NCBI GenBank assembly: GCA_965263355.1
Contig: CBDHHL010000032.1
Span: forward strand, 3,616,001-3,680,000
Source: Leptolyngbyaceae cyanobacterium
GTDB lineage: Bacteria; Cyanobacteriota; Cyanobacteriia; Phormidesmidales; Phormidesmidaceae
Reading direction: 5' to 3'
Length of the DNA: 64,000 nt
The notes beneath the pieces were generated by a model. It was not told the DNA's origin. It made no database searches and worked only from the letters and a program-made list of their open reading frames with translations. Numbering within the stretch: the stretch's first letter is position 1; each line of letters opens with the position of its first letter. The position numbers and the translations under genes were made by a program. Positions 9,981 to 19,525 of the stretch are shown here, one piece after another.

Positions 9981-10691
9981 TTACCACAGCGCAATTTGAC
10001 TGATGCTAATTTTGCCAGAAAAGCAAACATCAACATCAGCATTGGCATCTCGTCGCCGATCTTGATAGTCGCCTGTGTAGCAAAATTTTCCTCCTTCTAG
10101 ACTGGAGGGTGTAGGTAGTGGCTGGGTACACACTGGGCAAAAAACGATGTCGGGTTCAGGGTGATTCGGGGCCACAGACGGTAAATTGACATTCCAAAAC
10201 TGGCCTGATGCTAACGGCTGCTCCATCAAAACGTCGAGTACACGGGCTGTACGACGAGCGGCCACCTCCCAATCAATGGAGGCATTGCGAGCCTTGTAAT
10301 GGGAGATGGCAATGGCAGGAATCCTTAGCAGGGTTGCTTCTCGGGCAGCGGCTACGGTGCCAGAAACATAAATATCAGCCCCCAAATTACCGCCATTATT
10401 AATACCCGATAGCAACCAACCCAGTTGTGGATATAGATGATGGGCTACACGGGTGCAGTCCGCAGGTGTGCCACCGATGGCGTATCGTTGCTCAGCTTGC
10501 TGTTCGACCGTGATAAGGCCGCCGCGATTGATCTGGTGGCTACAGCCAGAGAGGGGTTGGTCGGGGGCAACAATGCCGATAGCTTGAGTGGGAGCGCGAT
10601 TCAAGCTAGCGATTGCCTGATGCAATGCTTGAATGCCAGGAGCATTGATGCCATCGTCATTGGTTAAAGCAATTGTGGTAGAGCTAATCAC
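9981..10691 (-). CDS. surE: 5'/3'-nucleotidase SurE
   Basis: LTNDDGINAPG, GTPADC and SGIN.G.NLG..IYVSGTVAAA motifs. Confidence 0.92.
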   Translation of the reverse strand: MISSTTIALTNDDGINAPGIQALHQAIASLNRAPTQAIGIVAPDQPLSGCSHQINRGGLITVEQQAEQRYAIGGTPADCTRVAHHLYPQLGWLLSGINNGGNLGADIYVSGTVAAAREATLLRIPAIAISHYKARNASIDWEVAARRTARVLDVLMEQPLASGQFWNVNLPSVAPNHPEPDIVFCPVCTQPLPTPSSLEGGKFCYTGDYQDRRRDANADVDVCFSGKISISQIALW

Positions 10692-10703
10692 AAGTAGGGC
10701 TAA

Positions 10704-11561
10704 TCACAGAAACACCTCACCCGAAAATACCAAAACTGCAGGACCTGTCATATATACGTGATTGTCAGCAGTGGACCATTCGATTTGCAGGGGGCCGCCT
10801 GGCAGTTCAACCGTAGCTTTGCGATCGCATTTACCATTAAGCACCGCCGCCACTAATGATGCACAGGCCCCAGTGCCACAGGCAAGCGTTGCGCCAGCCC
10901 CCCGTTCCCACACCTGCATTTTGAGATAGTCAGGCCGAACCACCTGAATAAATTCAGTGTTAGTGCGTTGAGGAAATACCCCGTGGTGCTCAAATAAGGG
11001 GCCGATCTGGGCCAGAGGTAAGGTGTCAGTATTCTCTACAAAGGTGATGCAGTGAGGATTCCCCATGCTGACACAGGTCACCTGATAAACTTGGCCCGCT
11101 ACCGTCAGAGACTGGTCAATAACGCGATCGTTATCTGTAGTCAACGTGGTGGGAATGTCCTTGGCTAACAGGTGCGGTTTACCCATGTCAACTGTAATCT
11201 GACCGTTGAGTTGTAGGGTGGAGACAATCGGCCCAGCTAACGTGTGAATAGTATAACTGTGAGGGGCTTGTAGGGGATGATTGGTGGCAATAGACAGGTC
11301 TTCTAAGTACTTTGCCAGACAGCGAATACCATTGCCGCACATCTCGGGTTCTGACCCATCAGAGTTAAAGATGCGCATGGTGTAGTCAGCCCCATGCGCA
11401 CCGGGTAAGGCAAAAATAACGCCATCAGCCCCGATACCAAAGTTGCGATCGCAAAGCTCAATAGCCTGGGCAGATGTTAACACTGGTGATGATTGGTGAC
11501 GATTATCCATCAGAATGAAATCGTTACCAAGACCGTGATACTTGCTAAAGGGAAGCCCCAT
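10704..11561 (-). CDS. dapF: Diaminopimelate epimerase
   Basis: [19 protein letters not shown] and [13 protein letters not shown] motifs. Confidence 0.97.
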   Translation of the reverse strand: MGLPFSKYHGLGNDFILMDNRHQSSPVLTSAQAIELCDRNFGIGADGVIFALPGAHGADYTMRIFNSDGSEPEMCGNGIRCLAKYLEDLSIATNHPLQAPHSYTIHTLAGPIVSTLQLNGQITVDMGKPHLLAKDIPTTLTTDNDRVIDQSLTVAGQVYQVTCVSMGNPHCITFVENTDTLPLAQIGPLFEHHGVFPQRTNTEFIQVVRPDYLKMQVWERGAGATLACGTGACASLVAAVLNGKCDRKATVELPGGPLQIEWSTADNHVYMTGPAVLVFSGEVFL

Positions 11562-11667
11562 GATGTTTAGCCGTCAACAGAGATTTGGAAAGCATGCGTC
11601 AATAGCTTACCGGAAGTAGTATAGACCGGGTACGTTATTACTGTTTCATCGTTTATCCACGACTGCT

Positions 11668-11880
11668 ATGGCTACCGAATTTGATACAGGTTTACCCAGC
11701 ATTCGCCAAATACAAACGCTAATTCGCGAACAGCAAACTGTTGAGATGAAGCTACTGACCGGTGATGTGTTTAATGGCAGTGTTGTTTGGCAGGATGTTC
11801 AGGCAATTTGTCTGAGTATTGACGGCCAAACAATGCTGGTTATGCGTGCAGCAGTGGCTTACATCAAGATCATAGGTTAG
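11668..11880 (+). CDS. hfq: Cyanobacterial Hfq homolog (Sm fold)
   Basis: FDTGLPSIRQIQ..KLLTGD..G.V.WQD..AVAYI; divergent from dapF. Confidence 0.88.
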   Translation: MATEFDTGLPSIRQIQTLIREQQTVEMKLLTGDVFNGSVVWQDVQAICLSIDGQTMLVMRAAVAYIKIIG

Positions 11881-11917
11881 TTGGGGCGCACAATTGCAGA
11901 TCATTGAATGCATATAG

Positions 11918-11953
11918 AACGAAGTCCTACAAGGGACTTCGTTTTTTATTTTT
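11918..11953 (+). terminator. Intrinsic terminator after hfq
   Basis: Stem AACGAAGTCC/GGACTTCGTT followed by a T-rich tract. Confidence 0.8.
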
Positions 11954-12467
11954 ATCAGTATCTATTTCGTTTTTGATATGGTAATGGTTTACCTGGATTG
12001 CTATTAAACAATTCTTTGAAAAGAGTAGGGGTGATATTTATTTCTTTTTTGAGGTTATCTAAACGCAGACTTTTAGATTTATTGGTTGATTTTAGTTGAT
12101 GTGTTATTCGTGGTTTTATGCAGTTGATGTGTTTGCTAAGGCACCTCCGGGCACAATAAAGCCAACACAATCCTGAGGGGCGATTTTGTGATGCCTGATA
12201 AGGGTTGTAGTTGCTGATAACGCAAATATCTTAATCAATTAATTAGGACGTTTGTCGGTTCCATTTTTACTATGTTTTATGGTTTCTAGAACTCTCTTGA
12301 ACCAAAGCAATGGAACTAGCGCAAAGCCATTTTCTCAATTGTAAATATGGTGTTTATTGACTATATTTGCCAGGTCGGAGAACGGTTAGCAGGTGCTAAT
12401 GTGCATGACAGCCTTCAGCAACATATAAAACTGTTTACAGAGATATGCAACGGAGCCATTTGACAGG

Positions 12468-13013
12468 ATGAGCAGTATTGAGAAAATTGTTGAGCAAGCG
12501 TTGCAGGATGGTTATTTAACCCCTGCCATGGAAGCGGAAGTGGGTCGCATTTGTGATACCGCATCGGAGCTTTCTATTGAAGAATATATGGCCCTTGATC
12601 GACTCATGGGGTCGCTTTTAACTGGCGAGGTTGTGGCTGTTCCACGCAAGCAGTTTATCAATGTAATGGAGGAGCTAGTACTCACAGAAGCCATTGCTCG
12701 TGTTGCTGAAATTGAGGCGAGCAATGACTGTAGTCTTGATCTAGGGGATATTGCAGCCTATGCGCTGAATCGACTACCTCCCCTCTATGCCACCACTGAA
12801 GAAGGGGCCACCTATCAGCGAAATAAGGCCCATGAAGCGCTATCTGACATGGTTGCTGACCAGGTTAAGGATGCGATCGCAAATAACTTGGATCGTCCTG
12901 ACTTCTTCCCCGAACGTGAAGGAATTAAGCGCTCTAGTGATGGTTTCTTAGGCCAGATGAATGAACTCCTCAAGGACTATGCCCATAAGTTTGAGCCTGT
13001 TCAAGCTGCTTAG
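12468..13013 (+). CDS. ComFB-domain protein, CdgR-like cyclic-dinucleotide receptor
   Basis: NVMEELV...DIAAYALNRLPPLYATTEEG ComFB motif with the cyanobacterial N-terminal extension. Confidence 0.85.
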   Translation: MSSIEKIVEQALQDGYLTPAMEAEVGRICDTASELSIEEYMALDRLMGSLLTGEVVAVPRKQFINVMEELVLTEAIARVAEIEASNDCSLDLGDIAAYALNRLPPLYATTEEGATYQRNKAHEALSDMVADQVKDAIANNLDRPDFFPEREGIKRSSDGFLGQMNELLKDYAHKFEPVQAA

Positions 13014-13117
13014 GTCCTGACATAAGGGGACGCTAGGACGTCAGAGATACAAAACGTAGAACATCTAAAAACGCAAAGCAAACGCGTCGTTATACCTAGC
13101 GGCGCTTTTTTATAGAA

Positions 13118-13190
13118 AAAACATTGTCTACATCCAGAACGGTCGTTTTTCCGTAGAAGAATCTGAGGTTTTCAACTTTGACTTGGTTTA
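13118..13190 (-). repeat. ~73-bp dispersed TIR repeat, copy A
   Basis: Reverse complement reads TAAACCAAGTCAAAGTTGAAAACCTCAGATTCTTCTACGGAAAAACGACCGTTCTGGATGTAGACAATGTTTT and matches copies B-G. Confidence 0.8.
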
Positions 13191-13230
13191 GAAATATTTC
13201 AGGGAAGTATGCTCCCACAGACTTTAGACT

Positions 13231-14820
13231 TTATAGAGGGCGATAGACCCGATAGTCGATGCTGGGAAAGATATTGTCAATTTCCTCTACTTTTTCTAGC
13301 CAACCCGAGTCAACTTTGCCTGCTGTAATATCTTCCCGCAGCTTTTCAAACCTTAGTAAATGGGAGCGGGTACGGCGCACTGCATAGGGCACCATCGTAC
13401 CGGTGCGCATAATAAAGGCCCAGTCTGAGGATTGGGCTAACAGCAATTCCCTTGCAGCCTGATTAAGGGCACGCTCCTCAAGGTTGTCAGCCGGTTCATG
13501 GCAAGCCAGCTCAATCATCCGTTCCGCAGCTTTGTGCAGATGAGGATAAATCCAGGCGTTGGTTTCATTTAACCAGTATTCATGGAAGCCCTGATAGCCC
13601 CAGCTTGATTGGGATGGACGGCATACCTGTTGAGTTGGATGACCACGAAGGTAGTCGGTCAGATGGGTCATTTCGTAAGTGTCTTGGTCGTACCAAGTCT
13701 TACGAAAGAGATAGTCAATAAACCATGGTCCTTCGTACCACCAATGCCCAAAAAGCTCTGCATCATAAGGCGCAATCACAATAGGTTTGCGCTGCATTAT
13801 GCTGTTGAGGTGAGCAATTTGCTGACCCCGGTTGAACATGAAATTACCTGCGTGTTCCGCCGCCTTTTCACGGGCCCAATAGGGGTCATACCAGTCTTTA
13901 TCAGATAGTCCCAAATTTTTGCCCGTGATTTTGTGATACTTGATGCCTACATTTTTCCGCTGACCGTTGGGCATAATATACGGCTTAATATAGTCATACT
14001 CTGCATCCCAACCCAGGTCACGATAGAACTCGCGGTATTCTGATGCGCCTGGGTAGCCTACTTTAGAAGACCAGACTTGCTGAGAGGACTCATGGTCACG
14101 TCCAAAAGCGGCGACACCTGTTTCCGTATAGATGGGGGCATAGGCTCCAAAGCGAGGTCGGGGACGAGCATAGAGAATGCCGTGACCATCGGTCAGGAAG
14201 TACCGTAAGCCAACATCGGCCACCATCCGTTCAAGGCCTTCATAGTAAGCGCATTCCGGTAGCCAAATGCCAGTGGGAGGGTGACCAAAGTTTTCTTCAT
14301 GGCTTTCTACGGCTACTTTAAGCTGGGCCCAAACCGCCTCAGGATACATTTTCATCAGCGGCAGATAGCCGTGGGTAGCGCCGCAGGTGACAATGTCTAA
14401 ATTATTGCTATCGACATACTGCTTGAAGGCAACAATCAAGTCTCCCTTGTGGTCTTCCCACACCTGGCGGGTACGATTAAATTCGTTGGCATAGTACTCT
14501 GCTAGATATTTGAGATGACCGGTATGTTGATTCCGTTCAATTTCGTTTTCAGCCAGATCCTCTAGGTTGGTTAGGTGTTCGTCGTAGCGTTCCTGTAGCA
14601 GAGGGTCTTTAAGCATTGACACCAGAGGCGGCGTCATACTCATGGTCATTTTGAAATCAATGCCGTCTCGTTTAAGGCCATCAAATATGCTCAAAAGCGG
14701 AATATAGGTTTCGGTGATTGCCTCAAACAGCCACTCTTCTTCTAAAACAAAATCACTCTCTGGATGCCGAACGAAGGGTAAGTGTGCGTGAAGAACTAGA
14801 GCAAGATATCCGAGAGACAT
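13231..14820 (-). CDS. Glycoside hydrolase family 57 (DUF1957) branching-enzyme-like protein
   Basis: HAHLPFV, WLPEC, PYDAELFGHWW and LLAQSSDWAF motifs. Confidence 0.93.
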   Translation of the reverse strand: MSLGYLALVLHAHLPFVRHPESDFVLEEEWLFEAITETYIPLLSIFDGLKRDGIDFKMTMSMTPPLVSMLKDPLLQERYDEHLTNLEDLAENEIERNQHTGHLKYLAEYYANEFNRTRQVWEDHKGDLIVAFKQYVDSNNLDIVTCGATHGYLPLMKMYPEAVWAQLKVAVESHEENFGHPPTGIWLPECAYYEGLERMVADVGLRYFLTDGHGILYARPRPRFGAYAPIYTETGVAAFGRDHESSQQVWSSKVGYPGASEYREFYRDLGWDAEYDYIKPYIMPNGQRKNVGIKYHKITGKNLGLSDKDWYDPYWAREKAAEHAGNFMFNRGQQIAHLNSIMQRKPIVIAPYDAELFGHWWYEGPWFIDYLFRKTWYDQDTYEMTHLTDYLRGHPTQQVCRPSQSSWGYQGFHEYWLNETNAWIYPHLHKAAERMIELACHEPADNLEERALNQAARELLLAQSSDWAFIMRTGTMVPYAVRRTRSHLLRFEKLREDITAGKVDSGWLEKVEEIDNIFPSIDYRVYRPL

Positions 14821-15190
14821 AGGCAACCTTATTAATGAAACGTGAGATATTCTAGAGAGTTACTAAGCTAATCTGGACGCCTCATTCACAGACGGACAAG
14901 GCCGGCTAGTCAGAGTCTGTGGACGCGACCTGTTTAAGTTGCTGAAATCCTCTTTAGAAAAGGCCTATGGATAACTGGTGATGGCAGTAATATCAGCGAC
15001 TCACATCAAATCTCTATAGGAGTTTAAGCATCTTCTGCGCGTGATAGAGCGGATGAACTGAACTGATGCAGGCAGCGTTTTTGCTTCTATATTTGGGCTT
15101 TACTGTAATCCTGAGATGGGAAATGCTGCAGTAACAGTTATGTCTTTTTGTAAATGAAGACCTTGACTATTGATGCTAGCAGCTATCTGT

Positions 15191-16276
15191 TCAATTTTTT
15201 AAGTCGCTTAACTGCTGTTCTAATGCGGCTACCTGTTTTTTTAGCTGTTTTAGGGTGCGATGCATCTCGGGCAGGCGATTATAAATAGCGGATGATTTTA
15301 GATAGGTCTGGTAATGACTGGCAGGTGTGCCCATCATGATGCTGCCGGGGGGAACATTGCTATGCAGGCCAGCTTTAGATCCGGCTTGGGCTCCCTTACC
15401 AATCTTGGCGTTGTTGGCCACACCCACTTGACCACCAAGCACAACCAGGGCTTCCAGTTCTACCCCCCCTGCCAGGCCTACTTGGGCGGCTAAGACACAG
15501 TTGTCAGCCAACTGACAGTTATGGGCCACATGAACTAGATTGTCGAGTTTGCTATTGTGGCCAATGCGAGTTTCCCCCACCGCTGGTCGATCGATCGCTG
15601 CGTTACACCCAACTTCGACATGATCTTCGAGGATGACGATGCCAGACTGGTGCATTTTTTCCCAACCTTGAGCAGTGGGGACAAAGCCAAAGCCTTCAGA
15701 GCCAATAACAGCACCAGCATGGATGATGCAGTGGTTGCCGATTTGAGCCCGTTCATGGATGACACAGCTGGCATGGAGAGTTGTATCGTTGCCTATCTGG
15801 GCAGCGGGGTACACCACTACCTGGGGATGAATGCAAACGTTGTCGCCGATGGTGGCACCAGCATGGATTACGACATAAGGGCCAATGGCGACGTTGTTGC
15901 CAATCGTGGCGGTGGAGTCAAGAATGGCGGTTGGATGTATACCAGGGGCAAGTTTGAAAGGCTGATAGAAAAGTGAGATTGCCCGAGCAAACCCCAATCT
16001 GGGTGTTTGGGTGCTGACCCAAGCAATTCCTCGCTCTGTGGCCTGGACTTGCAGTGACTCATCCACTGGCAAAATTAGGGCAGCATTAGCGGTCTGCTCA
16101 ATATAAGGGGCAAACTTTTGACCTTCAATATAGCTGATGGTATCTGGTTGAGAGATTTGCACGGCGCTGACGCCAGTAATTTCTGGGTCAAGCTCTGGTT
16201 GCGACTCCAGGCTGGATGCCTCAGCAATGCCTAACTGCTCTACGATTTCGCTAAATCTCATGGGGGCTATGCTCAC
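15191..16276 (-). CDS. lpxD: UDP-3-O-acylglucosamine N-acyltransferase
   Basis: Hexapeptide repeats; IGSEGFGF and KLDNLVHVAHN motifs. Confidence 0.95.
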   Translation of the reverse strand: MSIAPMRFSEIVEQLGIAEASSLESQPELDPEITGVSAVQISQPDTISYIEGQKFAPYIEQTANAALILPVDESLQVQATERGIAWVSTQTPRLGFARAISLFYQPFKLAPGIHPTAILDSTATIGNNVAIGPYVVIHAGATIGDNVCIHPQVVVYPAAQIGNDTTLHASCVIHERAQIGNHCIIHAGAVIGSEGFGFVPTAQGWEKMHQSGIVILEDHVEVGCNAAIDRPAVGETRIGHNSKLDNLVHVAHNCQLADNCVLAAQVGLAGGVELEALVVLGGQVGVANNAKIGKGAQAGSKAGLHSNVPPGSIMMGTPASHYQTYLKSSAIYNRLPEMHRTLKQLKKQVAALEQQLSDLKN

Positions 16277-16297
16277 TGATGTCTCAGCGTCAGGCTA

Positions 16298-17686
16298 TCA
16301 AAAAATTGTCTGCTCCAAAAAAGCAACACATTCCACGTGGGCGGTTTGGGGAAAGAAATCAGCGGGCTGGATCATGGTTAAGGTATATCCTTGGTTGCTT
16401 AGCAGCTTCAAATCTCGGGCCAAGGTGGCTGGGTTACAGCTCATATAAACGATTTTGGCTGGGGCAATTTCTAGTAGAGCCTCTAATACGGTGCGATCGC
16501 AACCCTTGCGAGGTGGGTCCAACATTACCACATCAATAGGACTAGACTGCTGAGCGCTAATCTCCAGGAGCAAATTTTCGACAACCCCGGCAAAAAAATC
16601 CGTATTTTTCAGTCCATTCAATGCCGCATTTTGTCGAGCCTGGGCTACTGATTCTGTCTGCACCTCAATCCCCACACAGCGAGCAGCCCTTTGTGCTAGA
16701 GGCAATGACAGTGTGCCAATGCCGCAATAGGCATCAATAACGGTTTCATTACCTTGTAAATCTAGCTGCTCCAATACAACTTTCACCAGAGCCTCTGCTT
16801 GGGCTGTGTTGACCTGAAAGAACGTCGTGGGTTGAATACGTAATCGTAGACCCAGAAATAGTTCTTCCAAATACAATTGACCTGCCAGACAGCGAGTCTC
16901 GTCGCCAAATAGCTTATTGGTTTTTTCTGGATTGATATTCAGACAGACACCCACCAAATTTGAATGCGCCGCTAACCACTGTTCAGCCTGTTCCTTGACC
17001 TCTGGTAGATAGCTAGTGGTGACTAGCGTCAGTAATGCTTGCCCTGTATGTTGTCCTACTCGCAGTGCCAAATGGCGTAATCGACCCTGGTGTTTATTCT
17101 CGTTATACAGGCTCCAGCCCCTTGTCCCAATCGCTGCCTTGGCATCTACCAACAGTGGGTTAAGGCTCTCATGTTGAATGGGACACTGGTTTAAATTGAC
17201 AATCTGATGAGTACCCTGGCGATAGTACCCAGCTTTGACTTTGCCTCCATTGCCCCGTGCTAATGGATAGGTGACTTTGTTGCGATAGCCCAGGGGCTGT
17301 GGCGCACCCAAAATTGGCTGCATGGGGACCGTCGCAAACCCCCCAATGCGTTCCAACGTAGACCGGACCTGATGTTCTTTGGCCTGTAATTGCCGTGGAT
17401 AGGTAACCGCCTGCCACTGACAGCCCCCACATTTGTCAGCCACAATACAAGTAGGGCGTACTCGATGGGGCGATGGCTCTAGAATTTGTAGTGATTTACC
17501 GTAGCCATAGGTGGGTTTGACCCGTGTCAGACGTACTTGTAGTCGATCGCCAGGTACTGCATTGGCTACAAATACAACTCGATCCTGCCAGCGGCCTACG
17601 CCATCACCACTATTGCTGAGTTCATCAACGGTCAGGTCAAGTACCTGTCCCTGTTGCCATTGAGACGCATTTGCTAATGAAGTCAT
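16298..17686 (-). CDS. rlmD: 23S rRNA (uracil-1939-C5) methyltransferase
   Basis: TRAM domain, CGGCQWQ Fe-S motif, DPPRKG, YMSCNP and DFFPQT.HVE. Confidence 0.93.
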   Translation of the reverse strand: MTSLANASQWQQGQVLDLTVDELSNSGDGVGRWQDRVVFVANAVPGDRLQVRLTRVKPTYGYGKSLQILEPSPHRVRPTCIVADKCGGCQWQAVTYPRQLQAKEHQVRSTLERIGGFATVPMQPILGAPQPLGYRNKVTYPLARGNGGKVKAGYYRQGTHQIVNLNQCPIQHESLNPLLVDAKAAIGTRGWSLYNENKHQGRLRHLALRVGQHTGQALLTLVTTSYLPEVKEQAEQWLAAHSNLVGVCLNINPEKTNKLFGDETRCLAGQLYLEELFLGLRLRIQPTTFFQVNTAQAEALVKVVLEQLDLQGNETVIDAYCGIGTLSLPLAQRAARCVGIEVQTESVAQARQNAALNGLKNTDFFAGVVENLLLEISAQQSSPIDVVMLDPPRKGCDRTVLEALLEIAPAKIVYMSCNPATLARDLKLLSNQGYTLTMIQPADFFPQTAHVECVAFLEQTIF

Positions 17687-17921
17687 AGTGCTGTTGGCGT
17701 AATAGGGGTCTTATATTCTATGGCAAGCGACAAAAACCGTGACATCTGTGGCCAGAATGGATGGTTCGTAAACTCTCTTAACATCACTCTCAGGCTAGAG
17801 AACACGAACAGTTATCCTTTATAAGGACAAAGATCCTTTGAACCAGGGCAAAATGATTCTTTCTTGTATGCCCTAGAGTCGTTACACTGTAGTTATTACG
17901 AGTCACCGCATTCACTAAGCT

Positions 17922-18410
17922 ATGTCTGTCGTCAGTCAAGTAATTCTCAATGCAGATGATGAGCTGCGCTATCCTACCAGCGGCGAGCTCCAGGGTATCC
18001 AAGACTTTTTGCAGACAGGCCCCCAGCGCCTTAGCATTGCTCAAAGACTGGCTGAAAATGAGAAAAAAATTGTCGATCAAGCCAGTAAAGCTCTCTGGCG
18101 TCGTCGCCCTGACTTTATTGCTCCAGGGGGGAATGCCGCTGGGCAAAAGCAGAGGGCTCTTTGCCTGCGCGATTATGGTTGGTACCTACGTTTGATTACG
18201 TACGGCATCATCTCAGGGGGCAAAGAACCTATCGAGAGTATTGGTTTAATTGGTGTACGAGAAATGTACAACGCTCTCAATGTACCTGTACCCGGTATGG
18301 TAGCAGCCATTGAATGCTTAAAAGATGCTTCTCTGGCGCTGTTAACTGAGGCCCAAGCTGCTGAAGCTGCTCCTTATTTTGATTACATCATTCAGGCGAT
18401 GGCTGGCTAG
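17922..18410 (+). CDS. apcD: Allophycocyanin-B alpha subunit
   Basis: [31 protein letters not shown] and FDYIIQAM. Confidence 0.95.
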   Translation: MSVVSQVILNADDELRYPTSGELQGIQDFLQTGPQRLSIAQRLAENEKKIVDQASKALWRRRPDFIAPGGNAAGQKQRALCLRDYGWYLRLITYGIISGGKEPIESIGLIGVREMYNALNVPVPGMVAAIECLKDASLALLTEAQAAEAAPYFDYIIQAMAG

Positions 18411-18495
18411 CGTCTGGTTGAGACATTGAGTGCCAAACATTGAATAATATGAAGTCGGGAGTACATTTGATCGTCCTTCTGACTTCATATTAGAT

Positions 18496-19161
18496 ATGCT
18501 AGGGGCGCTGTCAAAAATCAACGTCTACATGGTGTCCAGTAAGCAAGGGCGGCAAGGCCACAAGTTGGGCACAGTGGTGAAGTCAAATTCTCACTGTGAT
18601 TATGTGGTGCAGCTAAATACGAATAGAGATGTGATTACCCCACCTGTGATCAGTGATTACGGCTTTGGCCAGTTTGTCACCCTAGATACAGAGAAACAGC
18701 ACTGGGCGGTGGGAATTATTTATAACTCGCAGCTATTTAACCCGGCATTTTTGCACAACGGTCTTCAACTCACAGGGGCCCCCGATCCATTGTTTACCCC
18801 TGATCTGATTCAAGAAACTAAAACTTTGCTGAATGTAGTGTTGATTGGCAACCTTATTCATCAGGGTAAGCATATCTATGGCCAACATGGGATTCCACGC
18901 CATGTTGTGCCTGTCAATACCCCTGTCTACCGCATGGATGCTGAATGCCGTCATCAGTTTCACTTGACAGCTGATGGCCTACCGCAGTTCAGATATTACG
19001 GTCATCTTCTCAATTGTGGCGGTAGCTTTGCAACTCAGCTGACTCAGCAAGTCCTAACCGAACTCAGTGATTCAGGCCTCTTTACTGATGCCGATCAGCG
19101 AGCATTACAAGTGCTGTGTAAAGAGTTGACCTGGAAAAATACATTGGGAGCTATGGGATAG
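18496..19161 (+). CDS. Conserved hypothetical protein, HAS-barrel-like
   Basis: G.VVKSNSHCDYVVQ..FGQFV..VGIIYN pattern; the fold assignment is tentative. Confidence 0.55.
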   Translation: MLGALSKINVYMVSSKQGRQGHKLGTVVKSNSHCDYVVQLNTNRDVITPPVISDYGFGQFVTLDTEKQHWAVGIIYNSQLFNPAFLHNGLQLTGAPDPLFTPDLIQETKTLLNVVLIGNLIHQGKHIYGQHGIPRHVVPVNTPVYRMDAECRHQFHLTADGLPQFRYYGHLLNCGGSFATQLTQQVLTELSDSGLFTDADQRALQVLCKELTWKNTLGAMG

Positions 19162-19229
19162 TGTTTTACTCCAATACATGTCGGCACCCACAGGCATCTG
19201 TGATTATCATCAAGAAAAATGTGATCAAA

Positions 19230-19245
19230 TGTGATCAGAATCACA
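19230..19245. promoter_or_regulatory. CRP-family (SyCRP1-type) binding site
   Basis: Perfect TGTGA-N6-TCACA (TGTGATCAGAATCACA); additional TGTGAT half-sites at 19199 and 19220. Confidence 0.7.
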
Positions 19246-19298
19246 GGGCAGCAATGACTTAGATCGCTATCACTACCCGGTAAATTCAGCATACTAAG

Positions 19299-19381
19299 GA
19301 TGACTCAACTCTAGCCGAGTCATCTACAGGGAACACACAACCAGCCGATGGAACTCGCGGGAGTTCTATCGGTTTTTTTTT
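19299..19381 (+). ncRNA. Candidate small RNA (hairpin - C/A-rich linker - terminator)
   Basis: GATGACTC/GAGTCATC stem, 20-nt linker, CCGATGGAACTC/GAGTTCTATCGG stem followed by T9. Confidence 0.55.
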
Positions 19382-19525
19382 GGTGAATGGTGTGTGATAG
19401 CGTCTGCCTTGAGCAGTTCAGCTCATCGAAGAAATAAATGTAATTAGCCCTGATCAGAACAGGTTAGATTCACCAAAGACGGTTTAAAATCAACCCTTGT
19501 CCACCCTGTCAATTCATTCCTATTA

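Noticed and set aside
11955..12170. 71-aa minus-strand ORF between hfq and the ComFB gene
   Set aside because: It is AT-rich intergenic sequence with no RBS and no protein-like features.
19325..19344. Calling the candidate sRNA Yfr1
   Set aside because: The linker lacks the invariant ACTCCTCACAC motif, and the usual guaB/trxA context is absent.
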